A stretch of 64,000 nucleotides of DNA. It comes from Octopus vulgaris. Its lineage: Eukaryota. Position numbers and translations under genes: made by a program. The stretch covers positions 145,328,001-145,392,000 of the forward strand of contig OX597816.1 of assembly GCA_951406725.2 (NCBI GenBank), written 5' to 3'. Shown here one piece after another: positions 27,307 through 41,534 of the stretch; position 1 is the first letter of the stretch, and every line of letters starts with the position of its first letter. The notes under the pieces were generated by a model. It saw only the letters and a list, made by a program, of their open reading frames with translations, did not search any database and was not told the origin of the DNA.

Positions 27307-28792
27307 TGAGAAAGATGAATCTGCAATTTAGCATCTACTCTGCATCCACTTTTATAGAAAGGAAATTTTACACTTTCATTTTAGCGGATTTTCTACTGAT
27401 CTGACTTAGAAGTATGTCTTTAAGAATGTCGCAGAGAACATAGTGGTACATAATACCCCTTCATATATGTCAATGGGATCGATGGATGCTAATCTTCATA
27501 ATGTGCTGTTGTGTCAAAGATCTTCTCTCGCCGTGTCTCAGTGTGGTGTTGAAAATTATTTTGAATTGCTCATTTCGTATTCCACATTTCCTTTTGATGT
27601 CCGCCGTTAACGACTTATCTCTTTATGCTCAGAGGATGAATTTGTACTAAATTTAGAATAAACCATTTAATTTTATATTCTTTAGAAAATGTTTTGTGGT
27701 TTGAGGCCTACCGGTATCCGTTGGTAGGATGCAATATTCACATAACTGCCTTGACAACATCTAAAAGTACATGTAAGTGACTTAATATCTTTTTGAGTGC
27801 GAGATTTTACGTACGCATTGTATCGAACTGAAATTTTTTTGTCATTTATCTTAATATCAGATATTTCAAAATAGAAAACGAACAAAAAATATATCTTCAT
27901 TGTTTATATATTGTAAAATATAATATAAATAACTATCTTACTGCAAATATTCAGTAGCTATTTAATTTTCTTTTTAAGTTTACAAAACATATTTAAAGAA
28001 ATGCAAATAGGAAATTTTATCTTTGACTTAAGATATTTATCATGACTATATAAAGATGAATTGTATGATAATACAACACATTATATAAATACGAAGGACA
28101 GCCATTGCAACTACACCATGTGGTCAAAGAAACTGCAAGAAATAGCAGCGAAACAGCACGATATCATACTCTGAAAATTTAAGTAACGAAATGACATATT
28201 GCATAATCTAATTCTTGGTAAGCTAGTGCCTAAAGAGATGATAAGTCCAGATTTTATAAGGAAGTGATCATAACATAAATCTCAACGGTCGCTTCGTCTC
28301 TTAAAAATAGTGGTCTTATTTGTCTTATATCTAATCTTACCTTTCCTGTGAAATTACTATAGCTGGAGACTCAATTATACAACCTTAACTCATATTACAC
28401 TAGAAATTGTGGGTAATATTGGTAAACATCGATGAAATCAAATACATGGCTGTATTTGTTTCTAATGCAAAATTCAGTGTATGTTATATACAACAAGACG
28501 ATACCTAAATATTTTCCTTGTTGATTTAATTTGATATTCAAAAGCATTTTACCGCTGAAAAGTAAAGAGATTCGAAAACATCTACAATCTTCAAACTAAT
28601 GGCAACAAAATACATGGCAAGGGATGGAGACGTACACAAATATTCACACACACAGAATTTTAATCGTCATATTATGTATGTATATATATATATATATATA
28701 TATTCACACACAAAAACGGACACACGACGCACACACGACGCACACAAACACACACGCACGCACAAGCAACACACACACGCACACACGTCTAT

Positions 28793-29700
28793 ACAGAGTG
28801 TTTTAAAACTTACGGTCTATTTCAGTGATATCCGAACGCGAAAGAACGGGTATCTCTTGTAACATGGAAGATTAAGGGCCTGCATTGCGAAGGCATTATA
28901 AATAAATTTGAGAATTAGATTCATAAAAGAGGTCTAAAGACAAAGCTATTCATGAGTTCTTAACGGAATTTCAGAAAACTGGGTCTGTGATGATGACTCA
29001 GAACTGTATGATCAATAAAATATAGAGAAAAACAATCGAATCGGTTCGGTAAGCATTTGAAGAGGAACCACAATTATCGACTCGTAGGGCAGCTAAAATG
29101 TTAGAAATTCTACAAACATCACTCCACAGAATACTGTGATGCGATCTGGAGAGAACAATTTATCACATTCAAACTTTTCGCAACATACAAGAAGAGTGTT
29201 ATCCGCGCAAATCAGCGATGATCACAGAGCTTAGTGATCAAATTGAAAGTGACGATTTAATCAACAAAAGTCTGTTAAGAGATGAAATGACCTTCCACAT
29301 ATGTGGAAAAGTTATCATAGCTGTCACCTTTTGGTGAAACGAGAAGCCAATTGAATTTCTTGACTCGAAAAGTCAGAAGTGAATGTGTGGGTCGGTAAGG
29401 TGTATGGACATTTCTTCTTTGCAGAGACTGTGGTCACATGAACTGTATAGCTTGATATCTTTAACAATTCCTTGAACCGCAACTTCTTTGCAAATGACAT
29501 TGACACAGTAGCTTTTTAAAAGGATGGAGCCCTGTGCCATTTTGCAAAGTTTGTAAGTAATTATCTTGATACATGTTTCCCTCGTCGTTGGATATGTGGT
29601 GGAAGAAAACAAGCATGGGGTGCACGCTCACCCAATTTAAAACTATTAAATATTTCCCTTTATATTAAGTCTATGAGGTAACTAGCAGAAAATTTAGAGA
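28793..29700 (+). mobile_element. Decayed Tc1/mariner-superfamily transposon (DD37D/maT-like)
   Basis: TA-CAGAGTGT end; fragments FQKTGSV, AFEEEPQLSTRRAAKMLEI, DEMTFHICGKV, KVNVW, HFFFAETV, KDGA, FPRRWICGG...WGARSPNL (compare WPPRSPDL). Confidence 0.8.
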
Positions 29701-29980
29701 TGTAGCAGTGCTTTGAAATATTATTACTGGTGCAATTTAAAATATAACACCTGAAATGATGGAAAGTATATTTCAGGAAGCAATTTATTAGTTTGAGCTC
29801 TTTAGAGACACTGACAGTCACCATATAGAGTAGTAATTTTTTGCAGCGTATACTTTAAAATAAATATATTATTCAAATTTAAACCAGTTGTTCTGATTCT
29901 TATTTGTAGCAATGCGGGTACTGACTAAAACCCTTAGTCACCATAGTGCCGTATATATATATATATATATATATATGTTT

Positions 29981-30600
29981 AATTATAATAAAGGGTTATA
30001 TGTAACAAGTTGCTTAAACCACATACTGAAAATATTAGAAATAGCAGCCAAATAGGTTACCATTACTATTACTACAAAAATAAGTCTCCACAAACAACAG
30101 TAGTTGCAACCCGTATATGGTAAAAAGAAGGAAGACAACGAAATTACACAGTCTACTTTGGATCAATTATGGACGACCGTTTCTGGATTAGAATCGAAAA
30201 TTCTTTTCCTTATCAACAAAATATTTCCCATATTTTCCTAGCATTTCTAGATTTATGGGAAATATTATGTTGATAAGGTAAAAAAATTTCGATTCTAATC
30301 CAGAAACGATCGTCCATAATTGATCCAAAGTAGACAGTGTGATTTCGTTGTCTTCCTTCTTTTTACCATATACGGGTTACAAATACTGTTGTTTGTGGAG
30401 ACTTATTTTTGTAGTAATAGTAATGGTAACCTATTTGGCTGCTATTTCTAATATTTTCGGTATGTGGTTTAAGCAACTTGTTGCATATAACCCTTTATTA
30501 TAATTATATATAATTTTTACCGAACATGGTCCTTTCCATACCGAAAGACTACTAGGGGAAATTTATTAATTTTATTAAATTAATTATATTTCACCCTTTA
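29981..30600. mobile_element. Fold-back PLE-derived element in (TA)n
   Basis: Arms ~29981-30240 and ~30248-30505 with almost no spacer; ~95 nt right extension; degenerate HHR in each arm. Confidence 0.85.
30265..30319 (+). ncRNA. Degenerate type I HHR motif (mirror copy at ~30167-30220, minus strand)
   Basis: ttatg-TTGATAA-gg...tcca-GAAA-cgatcg-TC-cataa; stem I ttatg/cataa; palindromic ACGATCGT stem III; core deviates from CTGATGA. Confidence 0.55.
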
Positions 30601-30745
30601 TATGTATCGAATATATATATGTATATATATATATAAGAAAATATACAGGGTAGGAAATTTATAGAAATTTTTCTACTAGTGTCAATAGACAACATATTTT
30701 TCATATAAATGTTTAAAAATTTTATATTACACTAACTTTATAGAA

Positions 30746-30809
<64 letters not shown>

Positions 30810-30812
<3 letters not shown>

Positions 30813-32537
30813 ATTAAAGATAAAAATTACCCCGAAGTAGCAATAGCATTACCTTTAATTCTATAATTGTATACTGCCTATTATGACCAACACGTTTCAA
30901 TTGCACCGATTAGTAATCGTTGCAATTGCAACTGTAGTCTCTTCAACAACTTAACTTGATAAATCTCGGCACGGTCGCTTAATGATTTTATTTTATAAAC
31001 TGCGCGTTGTATATTGAAGAGTTGTCCGATAAGTTAGACGCGAACAATCTCTATTTGAAGTAGTTATTGGATAATCATTTTCAGTCCATCATTTCAAAAC
31101 CTTGTATTGTTTAAATGATAATTACTCATTTATATTTGGGAAATGTATATTTCCTCATGTGCAAGCGTCTCAACGCTTGCTTGTGTCTAGAATTTATTAC
31201 ATTACCCTTGGATGAGAAATTTCCTGAAAAATTTTTCTGCACATAGATCGCATCTACTGATTCCAGGTCAGCATCGTTTTGCAGTACAGATTACCATCCC
31301 CCCATTTAATCGTATAGTCCTTGTTATTGGACTTGAAAGACCAGATTAATTTGCTAAAACTCGTTTGAGACCTATTTTTGTCCTTAAATGAACTCAAATG
31401 ATTTACAAGTCTCCCCTAAAAAATTTATGATGTCCCACCTATGTCCCACCCTCATATCTAACAATACATCTACATATTACACTTTTAGTTTTACACTTAC
31501 AGGATTCCCGTTTACAACAATTGCAAAAATAGTCTTTTACATTTCCGTCAGATTTAGTTTCAATTTAATCATTGATTGTAAAATTAAATTCATTTCCACC
31601 AAGTTCTCCATTACTATTGATTCCTTTAGATAACGTTATCTTTGTTCTATTTCTATCTGACCTTTTATTCGATTTCACGTAATTGTTTATGTTAAATTGG
31701 GTTGTTATCCTTTCCGCGACATTTAATTTCTTAACGTTCCCGTCTATTTGAGTTTCTTTATTCCGTTTGACGTGATTATGCTTCGAATTTATTACGTTAT
31801 TCAGATGGTAATCGCTTTTTTGGAATTTAGATATCATTTTAATATTATGTTTTACTATAATTTATGCAATATTACGACTAAGACAATAACCCAATCTAAT
31901 TTTATGCCGATTAAAACTTTTGTAATATTTGTGGTTTTCTTGGAAAATATCTTTGAATTGCTATATTAAACAATTTGGAAAAATTGTAATCGACCTGTTT
32001 ACCAGACAGAACGATTAACCATACAGTATTCTTCGAGTTAAGATCATAATTTTGATGTTTATACCCGTTTTTTGAAGGAGTAAGTATTCTCGGATTTCGA
32101 ACCATTTTAAAGTTAGTGTTTATTTTACTTTTATTTTTATTGTTAAATCTTTTAGCCGATTATAGATTAAGAAAATCTGAGATTTTATTAGAGAATTCTA
32201 CATCTTCATTTCCATTAGCAGTACGATAATTTTTAACCTGGTCATCAACTATATTACGACTTTTCCTTTTGTTATAAATATAATTGTTCCTCTTTTTATT
32301 CTCACTATTAAAATCACCCTCTCTTGTTGTTTTATCAACATGAATATTTGATGTTAAATCTCCATTACTACATTTGTTATAAGTAGAGTTGTTTATAGTA
32401 CTAGATTTTAGGCCTGCAATACTAAAATTACTATTTAAATCTGATTCGATATTTGACTTATTAAATTCAATTTTATCATTAAAACCCGCTTTCCTAAGTG
32501 CCAAGTTATAGTAGTCTTCATTGTCATTCGCTGACAA
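30810..32537 (-). mobile_element. Decayed PLE 3' half (linker with long N/K-rich inserts plus GIY-YIG)
   Basis: YYNLALRKAGFNDKIEF matches YYNEALARSGFKDKITY of the first element. Further pieces: NTVWLIV..GKQV..RYFP, and ISRCDLCAEKI near 31230-31265. Many stops. Confidence 0.75.
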
Positions 32538-32599
32538 TTTTGCTTATTCTAGACGAAATATTCAGATTACAAAGTAGACAATTCTTCTACTGAAACTAT

Positions 32600-32790
32600 G
32601 GTAACAAGTTTACTTCCAGAGCAGAGTGGGGAGATGACTGGTTTGTTTAGTGAGTTTGATTGAATATTTTACGACAATCCTGGGCGCACTACTGTTGTGA
32701 TGTATGATATTGAGTTGACTTATAGAAAGCCGATTAAACAGCCTTACAGAATGCACCCAACCAAGTTTAAAATTCTTGAGCAGGAAGTCT
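32600..32790 (+). mobile_element. Gypsy-like pol fragment just upstream of RT
   Basis: FYDNPGRTTVVMYDIELTYRKPIKQPYRMHPTKFKILEQEV fits the F.D.PG.T....H.I......PIKQ.PYR......EV pattern. Confidence 0.7.
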
Positions 32791-32913
32791 TTATAAGTGG
32801 GTTTCGTACCGATTTGTTATGATTGCTTCCAACATTTATATTTTTATGTTTTCATTAGGCTTATATATATATACATGTGTGTATGTATGTATGTCACCCT
32901 CCCCCCTCTCTCT

Positions 32914-32973
<60 letters not shown>

Positions 32974-33462
32974 AAGATTGACCTCTCTGTGTGTGTTCGC
33001 TTTTCACGCGAAAACGGCTGTGCGAATTGCTTTCATACCTGTGATGCATGAATAATTTGACCTCGGATACATAAGCTCTTCGGTCTTTTTTTTTTTATTA
33101 AAAATAAATAATATTACTTTATATATATGATTCACTTCTATAAAAAAGAAACGGTGAAACTTTTCATTTTGATTTGCGAAATCTCTAGCTTTCTATTTCA
33201 ATGTTTTCATTTCCAGTTTTAATTCGCTATTTGCAAACAACTACGATAAATTACTGAAAGAAATAAAAACCATGGGGAGGAGCCTTTTCGGTAAAAAAGA
33301 AAAAAAATTCTTAAATTTCAACAATGAGTTTCCCAATCCATGTCATATAGTCATAAGTCATCAAGATAACATGCACAGATGCTCATTCCTTCTGTTACTA
33401 AGGTCATGAGTCTCTGGAAAATGGATATTTTTAATGAAATTCTATAAATATACCTTTCAAAT

Positions 33463-33783
33463 CAGGAATTCTCAACCATTTCTTTATCTATGGACCCCTT
33501 TAATTACTATTTTACTCAGACGGATCCCCATTGAATCCATACGATGTTTAAAACTAGTTTTATAGAAACTTCTTCCAAAATCCCTATTTTGTTTTTCTCA
33601 CATTCACTTGTTTAGGTTGAACCATGTAAAATGCTAGAACACGAAACTCAGCCATTCCTTGCAATACATACATCTAAAGCAAAATGATTTAGGGGTCCTT
33701 AAAATACAATTGTGGATCTCTATTTACAATTTTGTTACATGGAACCCCAAAAATCTTATATGAACCCCTGTTGAGAACCACTG
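33463..33783. mobile_element. hAT (Charlie-like) MITE
   Basis: TIRs CAGGAATTCTCAAC and GTTGAGAACCACTG; degenerate 8-bp TSD TTTCAAAT / GTGTAAAT. Confidence 0.7.
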
Positions 33784-34096
33784 GTGTAAATTCTTCGGAA
33801 TGAAGAGAGGCATCTTTTCAGGAAAGGTAGATCAAAATTTAAAAAAATTTATGATTTTTTTCCCTTCTCCCCCTTTCCAATCCGGACTGATTTCGATCCT
33901 TTTTTTTCTATTTTGGTCGACGCACTCAAAACCAATGAAAGAAACATTTTCGCTTAAAAAAGAAAAAGGTGAATTTTGGTAAAGAAACCCCACAATTTTC
34001 ACTAAGAAACAAAATCAAACTCGGATTTTTTTTTCTTGGTGAAAATCTTGTGGGTGTCCTTACCAAAATTTAGCAAAAATTGTTAATAATTTGAGA

Positions 34097-34690
34097 GAAA
34101 AATGTTTGATTTGAGGGAGGTGTAACTGTTATTTCTAGCACATCCCAGGACCTCCCTCCTCGTTTCTTTCTCAATCTCACATCTATTGATGCTTTTCAAT
34201 ATTTTTTTTCCCAGAAACACATTTTATGGAATGATGATGCCAGAGTAACACACGCCTGGTCCATTGCTGCGATATAATAAGCTAAGAGAAAAGACAAATT
34301 GGTAATTTCGATTTTTATTCGCATCGCTATCAACCGAGGCCGTGTGTGTAAGAAAAGAAACCATTATCTAACAGAAAATGATGCTCTCAAAAGAAATGCT
34401 CTTTTACAAAGCTCTTATTTAAATCCCTGTGGATAAATCCCAGCAAGAATCTTCTCAGGCTCTCCAATATTTTACAATTATATAAAGAGAAAGAATCGGG
34501 GGCCAGGAAGTGGGGCTAAAAATAATCATAAGATTTTAGAAATATTCTTTTTATTTTTTTATAACATACATGTGTTTCTGAGGGAAAAATATTGAAAAAC
34601 ATCAAAACATTGAATGAGAAAAAAAAAAGAAGACAAGGAGGATGGTGTGCTAGAAACAACAGCCACATCTCCTTAAATCACACATTTTTC
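34097..34690. repeat. Old inverted repeat inside a larger decayed fold-back DNA element (~33.0-35.3 kb)
   Basis: 34097-34232 pairs with 34563-34690; related subrepeats at 33423, 34762, 34930, 35050 and 35240. Confidence 0.55.
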
Positions 34691-36168
34691 CCCTCGACCC
34701 TTTACAAAACATTTTGCCAACAAATTTCTTTTTAATCGTAATCTACATCGTTTGAAAGTTATTTCTATAAAATTTCATTCAAAAATACCCATTTCCCTGC
34801 AATATATGAGTGGGGAAAATGTCGGGTCGCGTGAATTTTGCGAAACTCCTTTCCCCAAACACTTCAAAATATGTTTTTCTAACAAATCCTTACAAAAACT
34901 TAATCTACAGGATCTAAACGATTATTTGTTGAAAGTGTCATTAAAAAATATCCATTTTTCTGCAAGTTATGAGGAAACAAAGTCAGTGGGGGTATATATC
35001 TGTAGTTATGCCGAATTTGCTTCCTCACAACTTTCACAAAATTAAATATTTCTTGATGAAATTTTCTACAAATATTCTTCAGATGGTTTAGATTCCGATT
35101 AAATCGGAATTCATTGTGAAAACCGTTTGTCCCTGGGTGGGAAAAGTAGTTTTAGAAAATTCACAAGATTCGCCTTTGTTATGAAAGAAAAAAGTTTTTC
35201 CGATAAATCCCCATAGAATCGGAATCTACACTATCTGAAGCATATTTGTAGGAAATTTCATGAAAAATTTCCATTTTTTTGCAAGTTATTAGGGAAGAAG
35301 CATATACATCATAAATGAACATTTATACACATGTATATTTATAAAATATACCTACATATACACACATGTCTTTGCTATGTTTTTTTATCACATGAAACTC
35401 ATAGATGCATACTTTTATAATATTTTACACTTAAACCGCCACAGGACAATATTTTTAGAGTTGCTTCTGATAGTGTCTGTCCTTCACTTCTTTAGGAAAA
35501 ACGATACACATTTTAGAGTCTTTGGCTCTTATTTCTAGCATGATGTTAGGCCATCTATAGGACGATATTTAACATGGATGCTCCGATTTTTATTTGTGAT
35601 AAAACAAAAATGTGAAGGCTTTGGTGGCTCTTTCTAGCATGAAATGAGACTATATACAGGTCAATTTCATTCATAAAAGGTTCTTAGCTGTCCTTTAAAT
35701 TTTATATGAGAAATAAAGTGTATTTGAAGTCACTTGGTTTCTGTTTCTAGCATAAAAAAATGACCAGATATGGGAACGCTTTTAATAAATGCTTCTTAAA
35801 GTGTCTTTTTCTTTTGTATGAACCCCAACAGCAACAGCAACAACAACAACCCTACGAGGACGAAAGGCAATGTTTGTGCGTGTGTGCAGTTGGAATGTCA
35901 CTGCAACAATGTCACAACAACAATCTATTATTATTAAACGTTAAAAACTGACAGATGCAGACTGCACACACGCACACACAACGCTGCTGCTGCTGATGAT
36001 GGAGCCGTTGGTGGCGATAGTGATGATGATGATGGTGGTGGTGGTCGTCGTCTGCTGTTGTTGTTGTTGGTCGTCTGTCTTTTAGTGGAGCATCAATGAT
36101 TATGAAAGTCTCTGGTTTGGGACCAGACATTCCTATACATACATGCATTACATAAACACACACACATA

Positions 36169-36239
<71 letters not shown>

Positions 36240-36280
36240 GTACATACATATATATATATACACACAAACATACATACATG

Positions 36281-36332
<52 letters not shown>

Positions 36333-36800
36333 TACATATATATACGCACAAACATGCATATTTACACATTACATACACACACACACATTTGTATAAATAT
36401 ATACACACACATGTGTATATACACATTTTAGTAAAACTGCAAAATCATCCCAGAACTGTTACATGTTATTTTTTACTTGTTTTCAGTGATTTGAATGCGG
36501 CCATGCTGGAGCACCTCTTAATATGTATATATTCAAAAGTGGGTTCATATTTATGTTTATAGCCTTATTTCTATACTTACATTCCTAAATATGTGTGTGT
36601 GTATATATGTAAACACGTGTATATATATACTGTATATAAATATACACACACACACAAAGAAAGTGTGTTGAGGAATGTTACAACACTGATTGTTGGTGTG
36701 TAAGATGCAATGTATGCAATGCAGGTTCGATTCCCGGGTGAACCTATTTACAATAATAAGAATAAGATCGAAGTTTAATATTTCTGAAAATATTTATTTG

Positions 36801-38831
36801 TCAAAATAAAAAAAAAGCGAAAGAATGACGTCCAGGAATAATTCCAAAAACCATCAAAGAATTTTCTGAAACATCCAAACCAAGAACTTCAAAGACTTCA
36901 TTATCATCCTCTCTGAGGAGTAAATATTTTGGATTATCTTCTAATCTCAAGATTTCATTATCTTCAGATGTTTCCTCTTCAATATGTCGAGGTATTTCAT
37001 AAATATTATTCCCTAAATCTGTTATGAAATACATTCACCAATTATGCTTAAATGAGGTCTTGGAGTATAATATTCCAGAAAAGAAAACATTCTTTCTCCT
37101 ATTCTTATCTTCCTCACCAAAGACATTTCTCTGAGCCATTCCACAAAACACGAAACTTCCCAAATTCCAATCTCCACCTCCATTATCTTCTTCATCTCCC
37201 TCCTCATAACAACATCACCAAAAGATGTGACTCCCAGACCATCCACCCCTTCATCTCCCTCCAACCTTCCCCATCTCCTCATCTTCCCACGACACACTTC
37301 ATCTTTGCATTTCCCATCTTTGATATCAACCACACCCACATAATAAGGGTCAAAGATGGGGTCAATGCAATAATAGTAATACTTGTTGTTCTCCCATCTT
37401 CGGTATTTCTCGTCTCTCACTTCTTGAGTTATGTCTCTAATATAATGACCACCACACACGAGTTGATCGTCGTTGTATTTATAAATCCTGTTGTAGTATT
37501 TCTCAGTTCTGATGGTTTTTAAACGACAGCGATCCCTGTTGAAGATCCTCATTTCTCTCCCAAAGGCGACAATGAAACAGTCATCTGTCCACCGACATAT
37601 GTCCAGTGGTGGTGGTTGTTGTTGTTCATGCTTGATGTCGGACACCACCAACTGTCCATTGGCCAGATTACATATTTCGCCAATGACAAGTTTTTGGTCA
37701 TTCTCCTTTTCTTTGAGTCGTAGATTTAGATTTCTGATATAAGGATTTTTCGTGGGTAAACAACAGCCAGACGACCGGTCCTGATACTTGTAAAGAAGAA
37801 CCCTGCTGAGTTGAGTGTCCGGGAAATAAAGAGTTCCTTGGAAAACAGCAATGTGAGGGTGACCAGGGAAAGGCAGTCCCCACTGCCATTTCAATTCTCC
37901 ATATACATCGTAACATCTCAGAATAGAATGTCTCCTAAAGAGGACATAGAAATAAACATTATCCGAGTAGATGTGATGAGAGTAGCCATAGAATGGATGG
38001 TATTTTTGAAAAAGTTCTTCACCACATGTGGAATAAAATACCATTTTATTTTCGTTTCCATCTACGACTACAAAATTAATTGGAGTTGCAGCAATGGTGA
38101 CACTATAATGTCCCAGAGAAATTCTTTCTATAATGTCAGCTTTATCATCTTTGATCAATAGGATATGGACCTCGCGTTTGTTTCCATTTGTGGTTAGAGC
38201 TAAACACTTATTTGATACAACATGACATAGTTTAATGTAATCAGTATGGACTTTCATTAAAGGGCCTTTCATTAGCTCAGGGCATGTGATACACTGAAAT
38301 TCTTTGTTTTCACGGTAACACACCAGAAATCCTTTAGAATTCATTGTACAAAAGCAAGAAGGAATCTCAAGGAAAGTTGAATTATTTTGGTCAATTATTT
38401 CTCCAGTCTCAGTGAATAATATAGCTTTATTATTCCTGTAGAATATTAATATAGAAGATGTAGACATAGGTAGAATATTAGTAATGTTGTAGCAATCCTC
38501 AATATAAATATACTTGTTCAATGTTGGGGTCCATAGCTGGTGGTTATATGATTGCCTGGGCCAAAAGTCTTCATTTGTTCCAATGATATAAAGGACATCA
38601 AAATAATCGGTTACAAAAATGTTTTCTTTGCCAACAGAAATATGGCGGCATTTCATGCCAATTTCTCTTGTCGTCACAACACCTGTACCTGATATCCGAT
38701 AAATAATATGTCCCTGGAGGACATAAAAATGATTTTGGTACACAGAGATATGACTTGGAATGTCCAGGGAATTGGTATCCACCTCAAATAACTGCTGGCC
38801 ATCCACATTGTAACAGGTAACCCTGTTAATA
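36801..38831 (-). CDS. Large terminal exon of a repetitive beta-propeller-like (NHL/TolB-type) protein; frameshift near 37030
   Basis: 594-aa complex ORF with blade-like motifs (PSHISVYQNHFYV, PHIAVFQGTLYFPDTQLSRVLLY, GQLVVSD, GDVV). No ATG start; candidate acceptor TGTTTCCAG ends at 38832. Coding-like sequence continues in the 36801-37034 frame (FITDLGNNIYEIP). Confidence 0.7.
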
Positions 38832-40307
38832 CTGGAAACAGATTCGAAGCATTCTTAATTGCTTTTCTGGTGCCACACCCAATATAAACCAAAATATTGT
38901 TCAATATGTGTGCGTGCGTCGTTGCGTGTGCGCATATGTGAGTCAAACAAAATTACTTTTGTTAATGTTGTTGCTATTATTGCAGCCACTGTCAGACTGA
39001 TCAAATAAATCTATACTGATAGCCATTTGATTTATAACTATGGAATTAAACTGGAGCATACTTTTGCTATAGCTCCAAATTAAGTTCAGAGAACTTATTG
39101 CTTGTTTCCCCGAAAATTTGCGCGAATATCAATATTACCATCCAGAATGGCAACTAACCCTAAAACGTGGGCTATCTCACCATTATGTAATAAGGATTAA
39201 CGAATTAATTCTGAAATTCTTTGTAAACGTTACAGCCTTGGCTATTTTCTTTTTCCTTCATTTTATCATGGAAGCAGCATTTTGTAGTTTATCTCTTTTA
39301 CATACCGTTTCCTATTTGAAATTAATAACTGCATTAAATAGGCTGCATTGCTCCCGAAGAAAAGTAGTAATAAGCATCATTGTATATTCTCATTCAAATA
39401 ATTATCAGGATATGTGATCACACGTGCTTTTGATTTCACAAAATGCCTCAACAAAGAATGCTAATTAATGCTTTCCCCAGTTGTTACAATTCAACAATTA
39501 TAAGCGAATTAATATTATGATAAGCCTTAATTATGCATATCTTAAGTTAAATACATAATATCTGAGGCCATGCAGATTTCGTTGCATTTTAGTTACATGA
39601 ACCAAAGGGAATTTTTCTCTATTTTCATATACAGAAACTCTTTCTTCCTCCCACTCTCGTTCTGTAATTTGCTCCGTTATCTGCATCCTTCTGCATGCAT
39701 TCCTGCCTTCACGAACTTATGCATGTGAGAAAGGTCTGCGTTTATATGTGCAATCGTGTATGCGCATGTGTTTGAGCATATGTGTATGCACTTATAATTA
39801 AATGTATGCATGCAGTTAGGATTCAAGTTTAATGCTAAGAAATAAACTTGCCGGAGAAAAACATCGCTTTTCGGAGAATATTTCATTAAATTTACAATCT
39901 CTCTTCACGGAAGATAACGACTGCTACTGTTCAATAAAACTGTAAAGTATACGATCCAAAGCACAAGACTGCTTCACAAAAGTCGAAGAGAAGCAACGAG
40001 AAGATTTCGAAACTGCCAGCAGTTAACGACTTTCGACTCCATTTAATTTATAATAATATAATACTAGTAGGACCTGGGGAAATTCCACGATGTAAGTCAT
40101 TATATTTGAAAACTTTACGTTAATATATTAAATGCAGGAAAGGAATTTCAAACGGCGGGGAGGGGAGATAATTTTTTTGAAATCCTACCATTTAATCAAA
40201 ACCATACTTTCAAATATATTTCATTTCTGTTGCTTATCTATTTTTATATCTAATTTAACTCCCTGTTTGGATATCTATTGATATATCTTTAGTCTCTATT
40301 ATCTAAA

Positions 40308-40470
<163 letters not shown>

Positions 40471-41534
40471 CTCTTTATCCGTCTAATTAACAATCATATC
40501 TAATTTTCATTCTGTCAATGCATGTATCTGTCTACTCTCATAATACCGATATACATTGAAACCTAATAAAAAAAATGGATAATGCCGATGCCCCGGCAAC
40601 ACCTCTGCCCTTGTTCTGGATCACATAAAAGATAAAAATGTAACATCCACAACTATTTGCAAACTAAGATTATTTCAATTTAATTTAACAATCTTTTGAT
40701 ACATCTTTTAATGCATAAATTTATAGACCTTCATGACATTTTTTCATTATGCTAAAGAATTCGATGCTACATGTTATTTGATACAACAGAAGGATGATAT
40801 TGACATTCTCCCTCTTTTCAGTCTGTCTTCCTTTCTTTCTGTCTTACTTTCTTCCGCTCTATCTTTCCCTTCCTCCTCCTCTCTCTTTCTCGAGCATTTT
40901 CTTTTTCTATTCTTCACTAAATCCACTTTTTCCGTTCCTATATTTTTCTTCCTTGCTCTCCCTTCTCCCGCTTCTCTGTACATATCTTTCTCTATACGAG
41001 TTATAACCTCCCTTGGCTTCACACATGGAGAAGTCAGTCAGGCCACAGAAACAAGCAGAATGATATAGAAGTTAGCTTCATATTTGCATTTGCGTATATT
41101 AATCACACCCCACACTTTTAGCTCCCAATTTCATTCGATCCTTTTCAAACTTGCTGTCACGTTTGAAATATTAGCATGCTCTATATCGCTCTCTCTCTTG
41201 TTACAAATCTTCCCCTCTGTGCTCGTCAATTTTGCCCTCATCTCTGGCGTCTCTTTCCCATGACTCATTTCTTCTGTATGTCTCTCTCTTTATTTTAACT
41301 CAATGTCCCTTCATGCAATTTTGCCTTCGCTAACATGTATGTGGGAAAGAAATTCTGCATATCCATATGTGTGCATGCCTTTTCAGGGCATACTGAGCTA
41401 CGCTTCAAATGTAAAGGGGAGTTCTTGAATACTACCTTCATGCACACAAATTTGTTTTGACGACGTGGTCACATGCTAGTTGAAATGTATAACGATACAA
41501 TCCATATTTACTCACCTCACCCATGGCCAATATT

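Noticed and set aside
30880-30950. HHR-like TTGAAGA...GAAA...TC on the minus strand in the PLE 3' UTR
   Set aside because: The position fits, but stems I and III do not pair convincingly; not counted
35812-36130. PolyQ/polyH ORFs with a small inverted repeat (35869-35900 vs 35949-35983)
   Set aside because: Mostly trinucleotide and (GT)n repeats; the pairing is largely explained by low complexity
37052-38161. Plus-strand ORFs of 156, 76 and 116 aa
   Set aside because: Antisense shadows of the minus-strand propeller exon
40063-40090. Second Helitron-like CTAG-hairpin end
   Set aside because: The hairpin is too degenerate and no matching 5' end was found
40733-41068. Hydrophobic or charged ORFs on both strands
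   Set aside because: Produced by a CT-rich low-complexity tract
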